A stretch of 64,000 nucleotides of DNA. Source: a bacterium. Its GTDB lineage: Bacteria; DUMJ01. The stretch spans positions 24,976-88,975 of the forward strand of contig JBMFMV010000002.1 in assembly GCA_049970495.1 (NCBI GenBank), written 5' to 3'. Below the pieces are notes generated by a model. That model was given only the letters and a program-made list of their open reading frames with translations. It was not told where the DNA came from and searched no databases. How positions within the stretch are numbered: the stretch's first letter is position 1; each line of letters opens with the position of its first letter. Of the stretch, positions 45,922-55,931 are shown one piece after another. The position numbers were made by a program, and so were the translations under genes.

Positions 45922-46083
45922 ATTCCTAACTAAACCCCTTTGATTTTATTTTAAGACTCACTCTTTAAAGTTTTTATGACTCTTCTCAAAGACATTATAC
46001 CATATCTATACTAAGAGTTTGCGACCATTTTATAAATAACGGACAAAATTGTAATATTTGCCGCATAGCTAAAAATTTTGTCC

Positions 46084-46112
46084 TTGACTTTATTATCCCA
46101 TGAAATTATAAT
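46084..46112 (+). promoter_or_regulatory. Sigma70 promoter of the ROK regulator
   Basis: TTGACT-17-TATAAT. Confidence 0.8.
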
Positions 46113-46119
46113 CTTTGCT

Positions 46120-47352
46120 ATGGAGAACCTGAAAAGAAGGCACAGTATAATAAGATTAGGTTCAAATAAGGCAGATATACTTTCTGCGATAAGTCAGCAC
46201 GCACCTATCTCAAGGACAAAACTGGCAGAGCTTTTTGACCTGAGTTTTACTGCAATCACTCATATAGTAAATGATTTTATAGAACTTGGAGTAATTAAAG
46301 AGATAGGAAATGGGCATGACCTTAGGCCTAGAGGTAGAAGGGCTTCGTTCCTACAGTTAAATGAGGATTATGGATATATCATAGGATTAGAGGTAACAGA
46401 TGTTCGTGTAAAGAGTGCATTGGCAGATTTTGCAGGAAATATAAAGGCAATAAAAAGGATTATCTTTGAAAATCATAGTGAAGATTATCTCATTAATACA
46501 ATTATAGAAAGTATTGACTCATTAATAAGGGAAAACAATATTAGTTTGGATAAAATTAAAGGCATAGGTATTGGGATGCATGGACTAGTAGACTATAAAA
46601 ATGGAATCTCTCTAACATTTCCCTCAAGTGAAGAGTGGAAGAATGTCCCTTTAAAAGCTATACTAGAAGAGAGATTTAACGTTCCAGTAAAGTTAGATGC
46701 TAGACTTTATGTGGCAACTTTAGCAGAACTTATCTATGGGGAGGGGAAATATAACCTAGACTTTGTGTACTTTAACTCAGGACCAGGAAATGGATTTAAC
46801 ATCGGTCTTGTCTCTGATGGAAAGATAATAAGAGGGAAGGACGGGTTTGCAGGACAATTTGGCCATCTTGCTCTAGACCCTAGAGGTCCGAGGTGCTTCT
46901 GTGGGAGTAGAGGTTGCCTAGTAACTCTTGCATCTCCATTAGCTATAGAGAGAAAAGCTATAGAGGCTATAAATGAGGGAATAGATACATTATTGACTTC
47001 AGTATATAGGGAAAAGGGAGTAATTTTATTTAAAGATATTGCTGACTCTGCGCTAAAGGGAGATAAATTTTCTATAAACCTTATAGAAGAGGCGGGAAGA
47101 TATCTAGGATTGGGATTTAGTTATGTAATAAACCTTTTTGCCCCTCCGCTGGTAATCCTTGCAGGGACTCTAAACTCTGCTGGCAATATGCTTCTTGACA
47201 CTATAAAGAGAGAGATAGCATTACACTCAGTTCCCCAGGTATATCAAGGTATTGAGATTAAGTTTTCCACACTTGAAGAGGATATAGCAGCAAGGGGAGC
47301 AATCGCTCTGATTATAAGAGAGAATCTTAAGCAAATAGCAGAGATAGCATAA
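46120..47352 (+). CDS. ROK family transcriptional repressor (XylR/NagC-like)
   Basis: HTH ISRTKLA, GQFGH, CFCGSRGC; start at ATG 46120 because the ORF-track start (46078) overlaps the promoter. Confidence 0.9.
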   Translation: MENLKRRHSIIRLGSNKADILSAISQHAPISRTKLAELFDLSFTAITHIVNDFIELGVIKEIGNGHDLRPRGRRASFLQLNEDYGYIIGLEVTDVRVKSALADFAGNIKAIKRIIFENHSEDYLINTIIESIDSLIRENNISLDKIKGIGIGMHGLVDYKNGISLTFPSSEEWKNVPLKAILEERFNVPVKLDARLYVATLAELIYGEGKYNLDFVYFNSGPGNGFNIGLVSDGKIIRGKDGFAGQFGHLALDPRGPRCFCGSRGCLVTLASPLAIERKAIEAINEGIDTLLTSVYREKGVILFKDIADSALKGDKFSINLIEEAGRYLGLGFSYVINLFAPPLVILAGTLNSAGNMLLDTIKREIALHSVPQVYQGIEIKFSTLEEDIAARGAIALIIRENLKQIAEIA

Positions 47353-47353
47353 A

Positions 47354-47494
47354 ATAAGTTTTACTCAAGGAATACGATTAGAAGGCTTATTAAATGCCCT
47401 CCTCGATGTTATTCATAGGGAATATATCATTATAAAAGCTCTAGATAGTATCTCTTTTACTACGATGGAATTATATAGCCCTACTGGAAGCTAA
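47354..47494 (+). pseudogene. Remnant of an ABC-2-type ATPase N-terminus
   Basis: GLLNALLDVIHREYIIIKALDSISFT resembles the segment preceding Walker A; no start codon, Walker A degenerate. Confidence 0.45.
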
Positions 47495-47499
47495 GATTT

Positions 47500-48456
47500 T
47501 TATCTTCTTCCCCTCTGTAACAGTACTGCCCCTATAATTACTAGACCCTTCACCGTCCCTTGAAGGTATGGCGAAACACCGAGCATATTCAGCATATTAT
47601 TTATGATTCCAAGGATAATAGCACCGGCGACAGTTCCAAATACAGAACCGCTACCTCCAATCATAGGCGTTCCACCTATAATTACTGCAGAGATTGCATC
47701 TAGTTCAAAGTTCAGTCCTGCATTAGAGGAGCTTATGGAGTTCAGTCTCGAGGATAAAAGGACTGCCGATACCGCTACAGAAAATCCGACTATTATATAA
47801 GATATAAGTCTTACGCGATCAACATTGATAGCTGCATATTGGGCCACCCTCTCATTTGAACCTACTGCGCATATATATCTCCCGTACCTAGTATTGTTCA
47901 GTACGATGTGAAAAATTACTGCTAAGCCAATAAAGATCCAAACAGGTATAGGAATGAAAAGAAAAGAACCCATTCCTATAGAGGGATATTTATCACTAAT
48001 TGAACGAAATTCTCCGGCATTGCTTATATATAGTGTCAGAGACCTAAATATAGCCATAGTTCCCAATGTAACAATAAAAGGTGCTATCTTTCCTTTAGTC
48101 ACTAGGGTACCGTTTATTGCCCCTCCAACAAGACCAAGGAAAATACCAAAAAGAACAGCTATAAGAATTGCACCAAAATCCCCACCAAAACGATTAAGGG
48201 TGAGGATGATTATACCACCTATTAAGGCGGTCATAGAGCCTACTGATAGGTCTATGCCACCACCAATAATTACAAAGGTCATCCCTAAAGCAATAATACC
48301 CGTATATGAGACCTGTCTGAGGATATTCAGTATGTTTTGAATCTGCAAAAAGTATGGACTAGCGATAGAAGATGCTATAAAAAGGATAATTAATGTTATA
48401 ATAGACCCATATTTTTCATAATTTATACGTTTTAAGAAAGAGGATACATTATCCAT
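47500..48456 (-). CDS. Monosaccharide ABC permease (RbsC-like)
   Basis: GGIDLSVGS, FIVTLG, ELDAISAVIIGG. Confidence 0.93.
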   Translation of the reverse strand: MDNVSSFLKRINYEKYGSIITLIILFIASSIASPYFLQIQNILNILRQVSYTGIIALGMTFVIIGGGIDLSVGSMTALIGGIIILTLNRFGGDFGAILIAVLFGIFLGLVGGAINGTLVTKGKIAPFIVTLGTMAIFRSLTLYISNAGEFRSISDKYPSIGMGSFLFIPIPVWIFIGLAVIFHIVLNNTRYGRYICAVGSNERVAQYAAINVDRVRLISYIIVGFSVAVSAVLLSSRLNSISSSNAGLNFELDAISAVIIGGTPMIGGSGSVFGTVAGAIILGIINNMLNMLGVSPYLQGTVKGLVIIGAVLLQRGRR

Positions 48457-49960
48457 ATGTCTCTCCTTTTTCTTTTAATCCTGTAGCGTATAACATAATC
48501 TCTTCTTCATTAATCTCATCACCTTCCAAGATGCCAGTTATTCTTCCATTATGCATTACAGCAACTCTATTACACATGCCTATTATCTCCTCTAACTCAG
48601 AGGAGATAAGTATACAGGATAGCCCAGATGAGGCAAGGTTATGAATAAAGTTATATATGTCCCTCTTTGTTCCAACATCGATACCTCTAGTTGGCTCGTC
48701 TAAAATAAGGATTTTAGGCTCAGCATCAAGGGTCTTAGCAAAAGATACCTTTTGTTGATTTCCACCACTTAAAAATTCCAGTTTTGTATCTAAAGAGTGT
48801 GTTTTTATCTCGAATGTATCAATATAATAGTATGCCTTATCTATCTCTTTCTTAATATCTATTAGCCCAAGGTGGTTACAATAGTTTGGAAGAGAAGTAA
48901 GAGTTATGTTATTCTTTACTGAAAAGTTTCTTAATATACCAATTCCCTGTCTATCTTCTGAAAGATAACCTATACTGTACCTTACTGCGTCCTCAGGGGA
49001 ATTTATCCTACATTCTTTACCCTTTATAAATATCTTTCCTCTATTGATCTTTCTAATACCAATTATCGCTTCCGCTAGTTCTGTCCTCCCAGAACCTATT
49101 AATCCAGCAAAACCTAACACCTCACCTTTCCTTAAGTCAAAGCTTATACTGTGTAAGAGTCCATCTATTGTTAAATCTTTCACTTCTAAGACAATCTCAT
49201 TACTAGGTATCACTTTAGAAGGGAATATAGTACTTAATTCTCTTCCAACCATTCTTCTTGCCATCTCATTCTCATCTATATTAGTAATCTTATCTACACT
49301 AATAAGGTCCCCGTCTCTTAAAATCATAACCCGATCACATATGTTTTTAATCTCTTTTAATTTATGCGATATGTATATTATTGTTACTCCTCTCTCCTTA
49401 AGCCTCTTTATAAGGTCAAAGAGTATCCTTACTTCATGAAAGGTTAATGACTCTGTCGGTTCATCCATTATAAGGACCCTAGGATTCTGAGAGATGGCTT
49501 TTGCTATTTCAACCATTCTCCTCTGGGCTATGCTTAGACTTGCTATCCTTTCTTGAGGGTCTATCTCTGTTTCTAGTGTTTCGAAAAGTTCTCTTACCTT
49601 TTGTATCATATCTCTCTTGTTTAAAATACGAAATCTTCCAAAAGACTCATTACCTAAAAAGATATTCTCATATACTCTTAGTGTATTTATAAGATTTACC
49701 TCTTGAGGAATAGTGGCTATACCTAGATGTTTTGCTACACTTGCATCTCTAATATAGACAGGCTTTTCATCAAAGAAGATCCTTCCTTTAGTTGGGGTAA
49801 ATGTGCCGTTTAATATCTTTATAAATGTAGATTTCCCTGCTCCATTCTCCCCTATAATGCCAAAAATCTCCCCTTCCTCTATATCTACACTTATATCTTT
49901 AAGGACATAGACCCCAGAAAATTCTTTAGAGATATTTTCAGTCCTTATTATTTTTCTCAT
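48449..49960 (-). CDS. Monosaccharide ABC ATPase (RbsA-like)
   Basis: GENGAGKST, LSGGNQQK, DEPTRGIDVG. Confidence 0.95.
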   Translation of the reverse strand: MRKIIRTENISKEFSGVYVLKDISVDIEEGEIFGIIGENGAGKSTFIKILNGTFTPTKGRIFFDEKPVYIRDASVAKHLGIATIPQEVNLINTLRVYENIFLGNESFGRFRILNKRDMIQKVRELFETLETEIDPQERIASLSIAQRRMVEIAKAISQNPRVLIMDEPTESLTFHEVRILFDLIKRLKERGVTIIYISHKLKEIKNICDRVMILRDGDLISVDKITNIDENEMARRMVGRELSTIFPSKVIPSNEIVLEVKDLTIDGLLHSISFDLRKGEVLGFAGLIGSGRTELAEAIIGIRKINRGKIFIKGKECRINSPEDAVRYSIGYLSEDRQGIGILRNFSVKNNITLTSLPNYCNHLGLIDIKKEIDKAYYYIDTFEIKTHSLDTKLEFLSGGNQQKVSFAKTLDAEPKILILDEPTRGIDVGTKRDIYNFIHNLASSGLSCILISSELEEIIGMCNRVAVMHNGRITGILEGDEINEEEIMLYATGLKEKGETYG

Positions 49961-49980
49961 ATCAAATTATCAATCTATAC

Positions 49981-50011
49981 AGTAAGGGGTAGCTTAACGC
50001 TACCCCTTACT
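49981..50011. terminator. Hairpin between the SBP and ATPase genes
   Basis: 13-bp perfect stem AGTAAGGGGTAGC/GCTACCCCTTACT. Confidence 0.7.
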
Positions 50012-50021
50012 ATTTTCTTAA

Positions 50022-51005
50022 TTAGTACACAGAATCAGGTTCGTAATAGTACTTAGCATTTGCCTTTGTTATCAATTCGGCAGCTAAGATAATCTTAGAG
50101 GGAATCTGTCTTTGATAGAAGTTTGACAAACGTTGTCCCCTTAATCCCATAACAGCAAGACTAATTCCTGTAGCTATCATAGAAGGAGGATAAGTCGCAG
50201 TTGCCCTAACGTATGGGTCCCCATCCATTATCATCTTCACAATATCTTTAGAGCCGCCACCACCTACGAAGAGTTTTATATCTTTACGACCAGACTCCTT
50301 GTAAGCTTGTAGGACCCCCTTAAGAACATCATCATCACCAGTCCATACTGCATCGATCTGCTTGTACTTCTGCAAATAATTCTCCATAACTTCTAGTCCC
50401 TTCTGAGTAGACCAATAAGCAGGTTGAGAGTCTAGGATCTCTATTCCAGGATAATTCTTCATAACCTCTTTGAATGCCTCTACCCTTTCCGTGTTAATTA
50501 CACAAGGGATACCTTCTAGTATTACTATCTTACCCTTCCCCTTTAACTCCTTGGCTATATACTCAGCGGCTATTCTTCCATAACCAGGGTTATCTCCAGC
50601 TATATAGACATCTTCTACCGGTTTGGTAAGTCCTCTGTCTACAGAGACAATATATATACCCTTCTTCTTTGCCTGCTCTACTACAGGGGTAAGTGGAGCG
50701 GAGTCATGTGCTAGTATTACCAGACCATTAATTCCTTTTACCATAAGGTCTTCTACTTGTGCTACTTGTTGAGATGCAGACTCAGCCGTTACCAAGAAGA
50801 ACTCTACATTCTTGTCCTTCTTCTGCCAATCTGTTATAGCTTTTTTGGCCCACCAAACTACCCCACCAGTCCAACCGTGGTCTGCACTAGGAATAGCAAC
50901 TCCTATCTTCAATTTTACCGGGGCACTCGAGATAGGAGTTAGAGAGAAAATAGAAGCTAGAAGAGATAAAACCAAACCTAAAGCAACTAGTCGAATCCTT
51001 TTCAT
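50022..51005 (-). CDS. Monosaccharide ABC substrate-binding protein
   Basis: Signal peptide, SADHGW, VSVDR, GDN; periplasmic-binding fold motifs. Confidence 0.92.
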   Translation of the reverse strand: MKRIRLVALGLVLSLLASIFSLTPISSAPVKLKIGVAIPSADHGWTGGVVWWAKKAITDWQKKDKNVEFFLVTAESASQQVAQVEDLMVKGINGLVILAHDSAPLTPVVEQAKKKGIYIVSVDRGLTKPVEDVYIAGDNPGYGRIAAEYIAKELKGKGKIVILEGIPCVINTERVEAFKEVMKNYPGIEILDSQPAYWSTQKGLEVMENYLQKYKQIDAVWTGDDDVLKGVLQAYKESGRKDIKLFVGGGGSKDIVKMIMDGDPYVRATATYPPSMIATGISLAVMGLRGQRLSNFYQRQIPSKIILAAELITKANAKYYYEPDSVY

Positions 51006-51095
51006 AAAAACCTCCTTTTATAATGTTTTTTGCTTTTATATTCATAATGATATCACAAATACAGTAATTTTTAAAGAGTGTAATCCGTTGAGCTA

Positions 51096-51124
51096 TTGAC
51101 AGATATATAAATAAAGAGTATACT
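51096..51124 (+). promoter_or_regulatory. cspA promoter
   Basis: TTGACA-17-TATACT. Confidence 0.75.
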
Positions 51125-51171
51125 GTTCTTTGGACAAAGAGTCCACTTTAAAATTCTAGGAGGAATTTGTA

Positions 51172-51375
51172 ATGGCAACAGGTAAAGTCAAGTGGTTCAA
51201 TGCACAGAAAGGGTATGGATTCATTACCCGAGATGATGGTGGCGATGTATTCGTTCACTATTCAGCGATCAAGGGCCAAGGTTATAGAAGCTTAGAAGAA
51301 GAACAAAGGGTCCAATTTGACGTTGTCCAGGGAGAAAAAGGACCGCAAGCAGCAAATGTAACTGTCTTAAGGTAA
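51172..51375 (+). CDS. cspA: Cold-shock protein
   Basis: [30 protein letters not shown]. Confidence 0.97.
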   Translation: MATGKVKWFNAQKGYGFITRDDGGDVFVHYSAIKGQGYRSLEEEQRVQFDVVQGEKGPQAANVTVLR

Positions 51376-51390
51376 TTTAAACCTGGGAAA

Positions 51391-51428
51391 AAATAAACCC
51401 TGGGATAATATCCCGGGGTTTTATTTTT
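51391..51428 (+). terminator. cspA terminator
   Basis: AAACCCTGGGAT-aat-ATCCCGGGGTTT followed by a T-rich tail. Confidence 0.8.
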
Positions 51429-51502
51429 ATAAACTTTACATAACTAGATTTATGTGCTATAAACTTAGATAAATATCTTTAAAAATCGGAGAGTGGTAAA
51501 TT

Positions 51503-52720
51503 ATGAAAGATAGACATCTATCTACAAAAGTCTTTTTATTAATAGGTATTATTGGACTCTTGCTTATCCCTAATATTACTCTAGGCAATAACGATGTAAA
51601 TACCTTAGTTTCTGGTAATAATGCCTTTGCTTTAGATTTATATAGGAGATTATCCACTGAAAAGGGGAATATCTTCCTTTCTCCTTATAGTATCTCTTCT
51701 GCCCTTAGTATGACATATGCAGGGGCAAAGGGAGAGACAGCTAAGCAGATGGCTAAGGTCTTACGTTTTACACTTCCTCAAGAGAAATTGCATCAAGCCT
51801 TCTATGATTTAGCAAAACTATTACAGTCTAATACCAAGGATTATCGGTTGTCTATAGCCAATGCCTTATGGGGGCAAAAAGGCTATAAGTTTTTACAAGA
51901 ATTCATAGACATAACAAACAAATACTATGATGCTGGATTCAAAGAGGTAGATTTTATAAATGATATAGCTAGAGAAGAGACTAGACAGATGATAAATAAA
52001 TGGGTAGAGGATAAGACTAACGGCAAGATAAAGAATCTCTTAGGTCCAAGAGATCTAAATGAACTTACCCGTCTTGTCTTAACCAATGCGATATACTTTA
52101 AAGGAAAATGGGAATCGCAATTTGATCCTAAAAACACTAAGGATATGCCTTTCTATATTTCTGAAAAGGTTAAAGTAGATATCCCTATGATGTATCAAAA
52201 ATCAGAGTTTAACTATAAAGAGGACAAAGATGTTCAGGTCTTAGAGATGCCTTATACTGGAAAAGACCTATCTATGGTCATTATCCTTCCTAAACCTGAT
52301 GTGCCACTTTCTAAGGTGGAGAGAAGCCTTACAACAAAGAAGTTAAAGAATTGGCTATCAACACTTTCAAAAAGAGAAATTGAAGTCTACATACCGAGAT
52401 TCAAAATGGAGAAAAGATTTGTACTTAATGATCCGTTACAGAAGATGGGTATGGTTGATGCCTTCGATATGATAAAAGCAGACTTCTCAGGGATGACTCC
52501 AAAACCAGATTTACACATATCTAGCGTCATCCATCAAGCCTTTATAGAGGTAAATGAGGAAGGAACAGAGGCAGCTGCCGCTACTGCAGTTATAATGGCT
52601 ACTAAAGCTGTCATTATGCCTACTATATTCCGTGCCGATAGACCATTTATCTTTTTCATAAGAGACTTACGTTCTGGCAGTATCTTATTCATGGGTAGGC
52701 TGGTAGAACCAGGTAAATAA
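51503..52720 (+). CDS. Secreted serpin (inhibitory-type hinge)
   Basis: NIFLSPYSIS, NAIYFKGKW, EEGTEAAAATA, FRADRPF; N-terminal signal peptide. Confidence 0.96.
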   Translation: MKDRHLSTKVFLLIGIIGLLLIPNITLGNNDVNTLVSGNNAFALDLYRRLSTEKGNIFLSPYSISSALSMTYAGAKGETAKQMAKVLRFTLPQEKLHQAFYDLAKLLQSNTKDYRLSIANALWGQKGYKFLQEFIDITNKYYDAGFKEVDFINDIAREETRQMINKWVEDKTNGKIKNLLGPRDLNELTRLVLTNAIYFKGKWESQFDPKNTKDMPFYISEKVKVDIPMMYQKSEFNYKEDKDVQVLEMPYTGKDLSMVIILPKPDVPLSKVERSLTTKKLKNWLSTLSKREIEVYIPRFKMEKRFVLNDPLQKMGMVDAFDMIKADFSGMTPKPDLHISSVIHQAFIEVNEEGTEAAAATAVIMATKAVIMPTIFRADRPFIFFIRDLRSGSILFMGRLVEPGK

Positions 52721-52832
52721 TCTAAAATAATAAGTTATCTAATAGTGTTAGTAATAACAATACTAATTACCCTAGTCACAATTTTATTTATTAGAAAGAG
52801 ACAGACAAGAGTTAGTTAATTGATAAAACTCT

Positions 52833-53909
52833 ATGAACCCTAAAATCTTATACCTTCTAACATATTTTGGCATTGCCGGAACCGAGACCCATGTATTGGA
52901 ACTTTCTAAATATCTTAGAAACTACTATCAGATATTAGTAGTAGCTCCATATGGAAAAGGTTTTACGCTACTAGAAGAGAATAGTATACCCTATATAGAG
53001 ATTATACCGCTTAATTTTACAAATGTAGGAGAGTATAAAAAAGGGCTTAGAAAGATAATAGAAGAATTCAAGCCAGATATAATACATATACATGGGGCTC
53101 ATGAATTAGTCTATATCTCTAGGAGTATTACACCTCATACCCCGATAGTATTTACTTGTCATGGATATAATACGTTCTTCCCCAATGTCGACTATAGAAT
53201 ATCTGCCTTTATAAATAAAAGATGGACAGACAAAGTCATAGCAGTAGCTAACTATGAAAGAGAAAAGCTAATTAGGGCTGGATTACCCAAAGAGAAAATT
53301 ACTCTAATCCATAACGGAATACCTGAAACTTTAGAGAAAAGAGAACTTCCTATAAATATAGAAGGCTTTATCATAGGGACAGCAGCAAGACTTACTAAAT
53401 TTAAAGGAATAAACTATCTTATAGAAGCCTTTAACTACCTTTATGATAAGTATAGGGACTTAAATCTTGTAATAATAGGAGACGGGGAGGAAAAAGAGAA
53501 TCTAGAGAGATTAGCTAAGAAACTAGATGTAGAGGATAGGGTCTTTTTCCTAGGGGCTCTTCCAAATGCCAGATTCTATTTTAGAAACTTCCATATATTT
53601 GTCTTACCATCACTTTTTGAGGCTTTAGGTATTGTACTTTTAGAGGCTATATCTCAGAAGGTCCCTGTTATAGCAACAGATGTTGGCGGAATTCCTGAGA
53701 TTATTGAAGATAGTAAAACTGGGCTTCTTGTCCCTCCTAAGGACTCTACAGCTCTTGCTCAAGCCATAGAAAAACTTATTAATAGCCAAGAACTAAGAGT
53801 CTCTCTAGGAGAAGGAGGTTATAGAAGGTACAGAGAAGAATTTACATTAGAGAGTATGTGTCTAAAGACTAGAGCCATCTATAAGGCTCTTCTAAACACC
53901 TCCGCGTAA
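52833..53909 (+). CDS. GT4 glycosyltransferase
   Basis: IHNGI, PSLFEALGIVLLEA, DVGGIPEII. Confidence 0.93.
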   Translation: MNPKILYLLTYFGIAGTETHVLELSKYLRNYYQILVVAPYGKGFTLLEENSIPYIEIIPLNFTNVGEYKKGLRKIIEEFKPDIIHIHGAHELVYISRSITPHTPIVFTCHGYNTFFPNVDYRISAFINKRWTDKVIAVANYEREKLIRAGLPKEKITLIHNGIPETLEKRELPINIEGFIIGTAARLTKFKGINYLIEAFNYLYDKYRDLNLVIIGDGEEKENLERLAKKLDVEDRVFFLGALPNARFYFRNFHIFVLPSLFEALGIVLLEAISQKVPVIATDVGGIPEIIEDSKTGLLVPPKDSTALAQAIEKLINSQELRVSLGEGGYRRYREEFTLESMCLKTRAIYKALLNTSA

Positions 53910-53912
53910 ACC

Positions 53913-54267
53913 TTACCTACTTACACTTACAGATACACCTAGTGATGGCTTTATTTCTAACGTACCGCTATAAGTACCTATTAAAACCCCTAATTCCCAA
54001 AAGCTTCTAGTACGATTTAGGTATGTAGTATATCCTATACCAAGGCCTACTCTAAATCTTGTAATATTAGTATCTTCAAAATTGGAGATTAAGGCCAAAA
54101 CCTCCATTAATGTAAAGTTTATAACTAAGATTATATTCAAGTTCTACCCCTACTATCTCCTCCTCTACACCTGCCCTGACATTCATCCTAAATCTTTCAC
54201 TAGCTAAAGCCTGCGTAGATATTAATACTAAAACTAATAAAAATAAGATTTTATAAAAACGTACCAT
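53913..54267 (-). pseudogene. Frameshifted small secreted beta-strand (outer-membrane barrel-like) protein
   Basis: ORF 54076-54267 has SD plus signal peptide (QALA); overlapping ORF 53913-54140 continues the alternating-hydrophobic beta strands in another frame. Confidence 0.55.
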
Positions 54268-54313
54268 CCCTCCAACTCCATCTTTTCTTTACCTCTTGTT
54301 GACATCAAATATA

Positions 54314-54469
54314 TTAATTCTCTAAAACTTCCTTTGTCAAAATCGCAAAGATAAGTGCATCTACAAAGCTAAAATGTCCTCCATACTTTATCCGTATCTT
54401 TTCTATTATGCTATTAAAGTTCTCTATTCGAATTTTAGGATATTTATCTTTATACCTTAATAGATGCAT
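54314..54469 (-). pseudogene. Possible PIN/VapC-domain fragment (51 aa)
   Basis: ...KYGGHFSFVDALIFAIL.. resembles the PIN SFxDAL helix; no SD, N- and C-terminal motifs missing. Confidence 0.3.
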
Positions 54470-54596
54470 CTTTGGAGAAAATCGAAGTGCAAATCCACAT
54501 CAAATCTAAAATCTTTCTTACAATAATTAAATATTTAATTAACAGGATGTTATACCCATCTCATAATGACCATACTTGAATAATACCTTTAGATAT

Positions 54597-54622
54597 AGGG
54601 CTGGCTTTTAGCCAGCCCCTTT
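54597..54622. terminator. Terminator hairpin after cobC
   Basis: GGGCTGGCT-ttt-AGCCAGCCC. Confidence 0.7.
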
Positions 54623-54627
54623 AATCT

Positions 54628-55224
54628 TTATGGCTCGTCTAAAATCTCAGTCATACTAATCCTATAATCAGTATCCTTATCTATAACTACAACCGTGCTA
54701 TGAGAGATTTTGATGTTCCAGTAAGCCTTTCCTGTAGCGGATAATAAACCAAAGATCATAGCCTTTATCGGTCCTGCATGCGATACTACTAATATATCTT
54801 CGCTCTTATGCCTTTTGATTATCTCTTCTAAAACTCTTACTACCCTCTCTGTCAGTTCTCTAAAGGTTTCACCACCTGGTGGAGAGATATTCCACGGATC
54901 TTCTTGCCACTTCCTAAAAAGTTCAGGGTCTTTCTCTTCCATCTCCCAAATAGAGATTCCTGTCCAATCCCCAAAGTCTAATTCTCGCAAGTCTTGAGTA
55001 TAGTGTATTGGAACATTTAGGAAACTATTTATAATCTCTGCTGTTTCTCTTGCCCTTAATAAATCACTAGAATAGATAGCGGAAAAATTTATCCTACTTA
55101 AGCTCTTCCCAAGTTCTCTAGCAGTTTGTCTACCGTTCTCATTAAGAGACGTATCGGTCTGTCCCTGATATATACCTTCTCTATTCCAATCTGTCTCTCC
55201 GTGTCTTATTATATAAATACTCAT
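54628..55224 (-). CDS. cobC: Histidine phosphatase, alpha-ribazole phosphatase-like
   Basis: RHGETDWN, SSDLLRA, SHAG; cob operon context. Confidence 0.85.
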   Translation of the reverse strand: MSIYIIRHGETDWNREGIYQGQTDTSLNENGRQTARELGKSLSRINFSAIYSSDLLRARETAEIINSFLNVPIHYTQDLRELDFGDWTGISIWEMEEKDPELFRKWQEDPWNISPPGGETFRELTERVVRVLEEIIKRHKSEDILVVSHAGPIKAMIFGLLSATGKAYWNIKISHSTVVVIDKDTDYRISMTEILDEP

Positions 55225-55931
55225 AGCGTTAAAAGCACAATGACCTCAGTAAACTCACATATAGCACCGTAATTATCTCCTGTAAGCCCACCTATACGCC
55301 AGTTTAGATATAGACTAAAGAGGTAACCAAAGAAAAGGCTAGAAAAGAGGACTATCAAACCATGAAGCCTTCCTATAACTATAACTAAAGCAAGGGTTAT
55401 AATAAATCCAAAGACTAAATTCTCCTTAGCTAAAGCACCAGTAAAGATACTACCCTTTCCCTCTTTTCTTGCATAGGGGAATAGATAGATACTAAGAGTA
55501 ATCAAAAATCTAGCTATTACAGGGGAGAGTAAAAGAGAAACAGAAATATTGCCTGAGTTCTTAAGAGCAAGATATTTTATTCCAAGAATGAAGAATATAG
55601 CTAAGGCTCCGAAGGTCCCTATCCTACTATCCCTCATCACTTCTAATATTCCTTCTCTATCTTTTCTACTCATAAGCCCATCTAATGTATCAGCAAATCC
55701 ATCTATATGGATGCCTCCGGTGATAAATTCCCATACAAATATAGTTATAAAAAAAGATATATCTTTAGAGAAAAGCTTAGAAAGGATAAAAAAGCTTAAA
55801 AGAGAAACAACTCCTATAAATAGGCCTACTAATGGGAAGAATCTAGGACTTCTCCTTAAAACAGATTCATCAAAAGGAGCCTCTACAGGTATTACTGTCA
55901 GAAATCTAAGGGCTTCTATAAATTCAGACAT
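55221..55931 (-). CDS. cobS: Cobalamin synthase
   Basis: FLTVIP, TGGIHIDGFADTLDG, MRDSRIGTFG, GGLTGD; start ATG 55931 preferred. Confidence 0.95.
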   Translation of the reverse strand: MSEFIEALRFLTVIPVEAPFDESVLRRSPRFFPLVGLFIGVVSLLSFFILSKLFSKDISFFITIFVWEFITGGIHIDGFADTLDGLMSRKDREGILEVMRDSRIGTFGALAIFFILGIKYLALKNSGNISVSLLLSPVIARFLITLSIYLFPYARKEGKGSIFTGALAKENLVFGFIITLALVIVIGRLHGLIVLFSSLFFGYLFSLYLNWRIGGLTGDNYGAICEFTEVIVLLTL

